The position numbers were made by a program, and so were the translations under genes. A model generated the notes under the pieces. The model did no database searches, was not told the origin of the DNA, and saw only the letters and a program-made list of their open reading frames with translations. Of a DNA stretch of 64,000 nt, positions 60,320-64,000 are shown one piece after another; positions within the stretch are counted from its first letter, which is position 1; every line of letters starts with the position of its first letter. The stretch comes from Eledone cirrhosa (taxonomy: Eukaryota), in contig OZ024744.1 in assembly GCA_964016885.1 (NCBI GenBank), forward strand, positions 78,244,001 through 78,308,000, written 5' to 3'.

Positions 60320-60882
60320 ACATAATTCTGAATGGGTATTTCCATATAGAGTTTCATAAATATAAAAGAGAGAGAAAGAGTGAGAGAGAGTTTATGCGTG
60401 TGTCTTTGTGCTGTGTGTGTCTTTGTGCTGTGTGTGTGTGTCTTTGTGCTGTGTGTGTATCTTTGTGCTGTGTGTGTACACCAAAGAAGCTGAATTATAT
60501 TAAAACCAAAATTACAGCTACAGTTGCTAACAGAAAAATTATTTTAAAGAATGGTTAAATGCATATTTCTAAATCAAGTTGTGATATCTATGATTTCCAT
60601 ATAATTCAATAGATTTTCATTACTGCATAATATTTGTAACATTGATATAATAAAATTATAAGATATAAACATCTATATTATTCTGCTTGTAATATTCTGT
60701 TTGAGGGTTATGCCTTAAATATCTATAACTACGAGACAAACTTGATGACATGTTTGAAATATTTAACATACTAAAAAAAGTTCAAGTGTTATGCTTTTAA
60801 CAACATTAACTTTAGAAAAAAAATCAATGACCTAATCTAAATATCTAACATATGAAACAAGTTTGTGTGTTATGCAATAAAC

Positions 60883-61190
60883 CAATGGTTCCCAACCTTT
60901 TTGGTCCACTTTTTATGGCCCATTTTGAACCCAGAGTTTTTCTGTATCCCATGAAATTATTATAGTGTAAAAAATTAGTTCCACTTTACATAGACTATAT
61001 CACAATACTTTCACAATAATTAATTTCATTAATTTAAGGACTAGTAATCAATAAAAGTTCTATGGACCATTCAATAAGATGTGGCCCATATATTAGTCCG
61101 GTAGTCCAGTAAAAATTGTAAAATTTCTGTGGTTCAACTTAAATTTGCCATGGCCTATTTTAGCCATGTGGCATAGGTTGGGAAATACTG
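60883..61190. mobile_element. hAT (Charlie-type) MITE
   Basis: TIRs CAATGGTTCCCAACCT / AGGTTGGGAAATACTG with an 8-bp TSD CAATAAAC / CTATAAAC. Confidence 0.8.
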
Positions 61191-61454
61191 CTATAAACAA
61201 CCTTAACTATGGAACAAAATCAAAGACAATCGGAATATTTAACATAATATAACACTATTTTAAAAGATCTATACATTTAGGTGTTAAAATAAAATTAAAA
61301 AAAGATTTATAGAACATGGAATTTCCATGGCTACCCTTAGTAATATATTAAGGATTTTACTGATTAAGATTTATTACATGGAAAGTGTAGCATAGTGTAT
61401 GTAGTAAGGTGTGTCATATTATCATCTAGAAGAGTATGATATAGTGTACTATAG

Positions 61455-61725
61455 TGGAATCACAATTGTAAGGTTGTGGTTCAATTTCCTAACCAGATGG
61501 TGTGTTGCGTCCTTGAGCAAGAAACTTTATTTCACATTGCTCCAGTTCACTCAACTGGAGAAAATGAGTTGTAACATCACTGGTGCCAAGTTGTATTGGA
61601 ATTTGCCTTTCCCTTCGACAATATCATATACAGTATATATATAATATATATATATATGGAGAGGGGAGACTGGTATGCATGGGTGACTGCCGGTCGTCCA
61701 CAAAAACACCTTGTGCCTTGGAGAA
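61455..61725 (+). mobile_element. tRNA-derived SINE (family of 16010-16330) interrupted by a TA-rich tract
   Basis: tccttgagcaagaaactttatttcac..cactggtgccaag..ggggagactggtatgcatggg. Confidence 0.75.
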
Positions 61726-61839
61726 GAACATGACCGAAGCAGGGTTTTACGCTTTTCTTTTTAGTATTATAATATAATATAGTATATTTCACTATAGAAT
61801 ATTACAGTGTATCATGGTAATGCAATAGAGTTTAGCGTA

Positions 61840-62200
61840 CTCTAGGCAAGAAATTGTGACCGATGCTGGACCAGTTCTGCCTCATGCTGGACTTCCTAGT
61901 ATGCATATTCTACTCAGGCAGTGAGGACTGTGTTGGTTGAGCCATGTCCTCTATACTGAAAATGATTGTATCCCAAGAGATATCTTCTATGGAGAGCTAG
62001 TGTCTGGGAGGAGATACAATGGCCATCCCAAGCTGTGCTGCTGGGATGTCTACATGAGAGACATGGAATATGCTTAGTATAATATGGAATACTGGGAGAG
62101 CCTTGCAGATGACTGGGTGAGATGAAGGGATATCTTGAACTGCTACTTGTAGATAGGAGAAGAGATTCTAATGGATGCTAAGTGAAAAAGTGGGCCTACA
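61840..62200 (+). pseudogene. Old RTE-BovB-like ORF C-terminal remnant
   Basis: My translation gives LLRQ*GLCWLSHV..ENDCIPRDIFYGEL.SG.R..GHPKL..DV..RDM. Confidence 0.6.
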
Positions 62201-62782
62201 GACAGGAGTACAGCAGTATCAACAGACTATTGGAGTTTAAATGTGTGTATGTATTGATGTGGAAGTTATAAGGTGTTGAAACAAGGATAAACACATAAAA
62301 AACATATCAATACTTCATTTACATTGTAAACATGTATCACTTCATTACATTAGTATGATTTCTTCACTTCTAATTGTAATTTCAATGGTTCATGTTATAG
62401 AATATTCATACACAATACACATAGTTGAGTGTGTGCAATCAGTTTCTTTTTTCAAAGATGATAGGGCACTCAGTGCATAATTTGCCATCTGAATTTCTCT
62501 GTATCTATATACTAGTAAGGAGCTAAGCTTGACTGATTCTGAACAATGAAGTGGTCTCTCCTTAGCCAATACAGCTGTTGTTTACTTCAAGCAAAACATG
62601 TTATTTTCCATCATAGTTCAGTGGCTGACATCATAAGCCTCTATCTTATCTTTGAGTGTAACAATAGAACAATAAAATAAAGGTTCTGGTTTTATTACAG
62701 CCATAACAGTACCAATGACCAATAAACACATATAGATGTGACATCTACAACAGAGACTGTCACTCCAACATTGGTCTTTTAA

Positions 62783-62992
62783 CCCTTTAACATTGACATT
62801 ACTCTATATTTACTATTGTATTTCACAGTAAAGGCTTTATCTTACATAATTATTTTACATAATATTGAATCTATGAGATTTTGATATTATTTATTTTGAG
62901 AGCAACCCCTTAACATCAGTATGAGTGGCTGGCTTGAACAGAAAGAGATGAGAGAATTCTGGCTGGATACAGTTGGTTTAAATGCTAAAGGG
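62783..62992. mobile_element. piggyBac-like MITE
   Basis: TTAA|CCCTTTAACATT ... AATGCTAAAGGG|TTAA. Confidence 0.8.
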
Positions 62993-63074
62993 TTAATCCA
63001 TAGCAGAACTAAACACAAACTAAATATAAGATGATAAAGATTCAAATAGTTAATATGGAAGAGCTATATACAAG

Positions 63075-63390
63075 TCCATGGAAAGCTGGTAGTAAGCCCA
63101 GGCCAGATGTAAAATTTAGGTCTCCAAAACTGATAATAAGCTCAAGCCAGATATGGAATGTAGGATACCAAAGCTAGTAATGTGCATGGGCTAAATGTGG
63201 CGTCTCTCCTCCCTCAAAGCTGTTAATAGGCCAAAATTAGATGTAGAATTTAAGTCTCCAAAAACTGTCAATGAGCCCAGGCCGTGTAAAATATAGGAAG
63301 CACATAAAGCTGGTAATAAGTACAGGCCAGATGTAAAATATCTCCCTCCTCCAAGCTGGTAATAGGTGCAGGCCAAATGTAAAATGTAGT
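63075..63390. repeat. Diverged tandem repeat (aagctggtaataag..caggccagatgtaaaat)
   Basis: The motif recurs about 6 times at roughly 45-60-bp spacing. Confidence 0.65.
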
Positions 63391-64000
63391 CCCCATTTCA
63401 AACAGCTCATTGAATATTTTAGTCACCAGTATGTGACCTGTGGTAAAAGTCTTGGATTTACTATCATAATGTTGAGGGTTCAATTCCTGGCCCATTGCTC
63501 CTGAGGGTTAACTTTGTGATGGACTGGTATCTGGTCCAGTGGGGTGTCTTGTGCTCTCAGTCACTTCATGTCACAGAAACCAAGATAAGTACCAGTCTGA
63601 TAAACCCCTGAGTTAAAGACAGATAACAAGTACTAAATACATATTATTTGTTTATGGGTTACAAGTGTACACATATATATGTAGTGTGTATGATGTAATG
63701 ATGTACTTATGAGTAACAGAACACAATAAAAAAAAAAAGCAATATAACTACTAATGCATTGAGTAACTTTTTTGAAAGTAGTCCCCACTCAATTCTTCAA
63801 CTAGAAGAATCCTGTAATGTAGATTTAACCGTTTTGATACTAGATCATCTAAATCCACCATGGATTTATGATACAATGCTCATTTTAAAATGTATGTCCT
63901 TCTATCATAATTTCATTTTATAAGTAATGTTATATTCAAAATTAATTGAAACTATATATTGTAATGTCATCGTGTAGGAATTACAACAAAAAGCACCCAG

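Overview
AT-rich, repeat-saturated eukaryotic (animal) DNA with no host protein-coding gene that I can support. The SINE and RTE families and the density of (TA)n/(CA)n/(GAT)n microsatellites resemble an octopod cephalopod genome, which is an inference. Contents: decayed hAT DNA transposons (GTF2IRD2/SPIN-like, ZMYM1/Tip100-like, and a miniature Buster/Charlie-like remnant), hAT, Tc1/pogo and piggyBac-like MITEs, non-autonomous Helitrons, many RTE-clade LINE copies (one near full length), an L1/Tx1 fragment, tRNA-derived SINEs and several minisatellites. There are two large Penelope-like retroelements: a Neptune-like copy at about 35.8-39.3 kb and an almost intact Naiad-like copy at about 54.4-59.7 kb. 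The most unusual signal is a collection of about 16-18 type I hammerhead-ribozyme motifs from about 10 different sequence families, mostly in short non-coding modules next to (TA)n runs. Several are arranged as fold-back palindromes carrying two back-to-back hammerheads of opposite polarity (53.8, 54.2 and 55.1 kb), and one family has a variant CCGAAGA core. All motif calls were made by eye, coordinates are approximate to a few bases, and no ribozyme activity is demonstrated.
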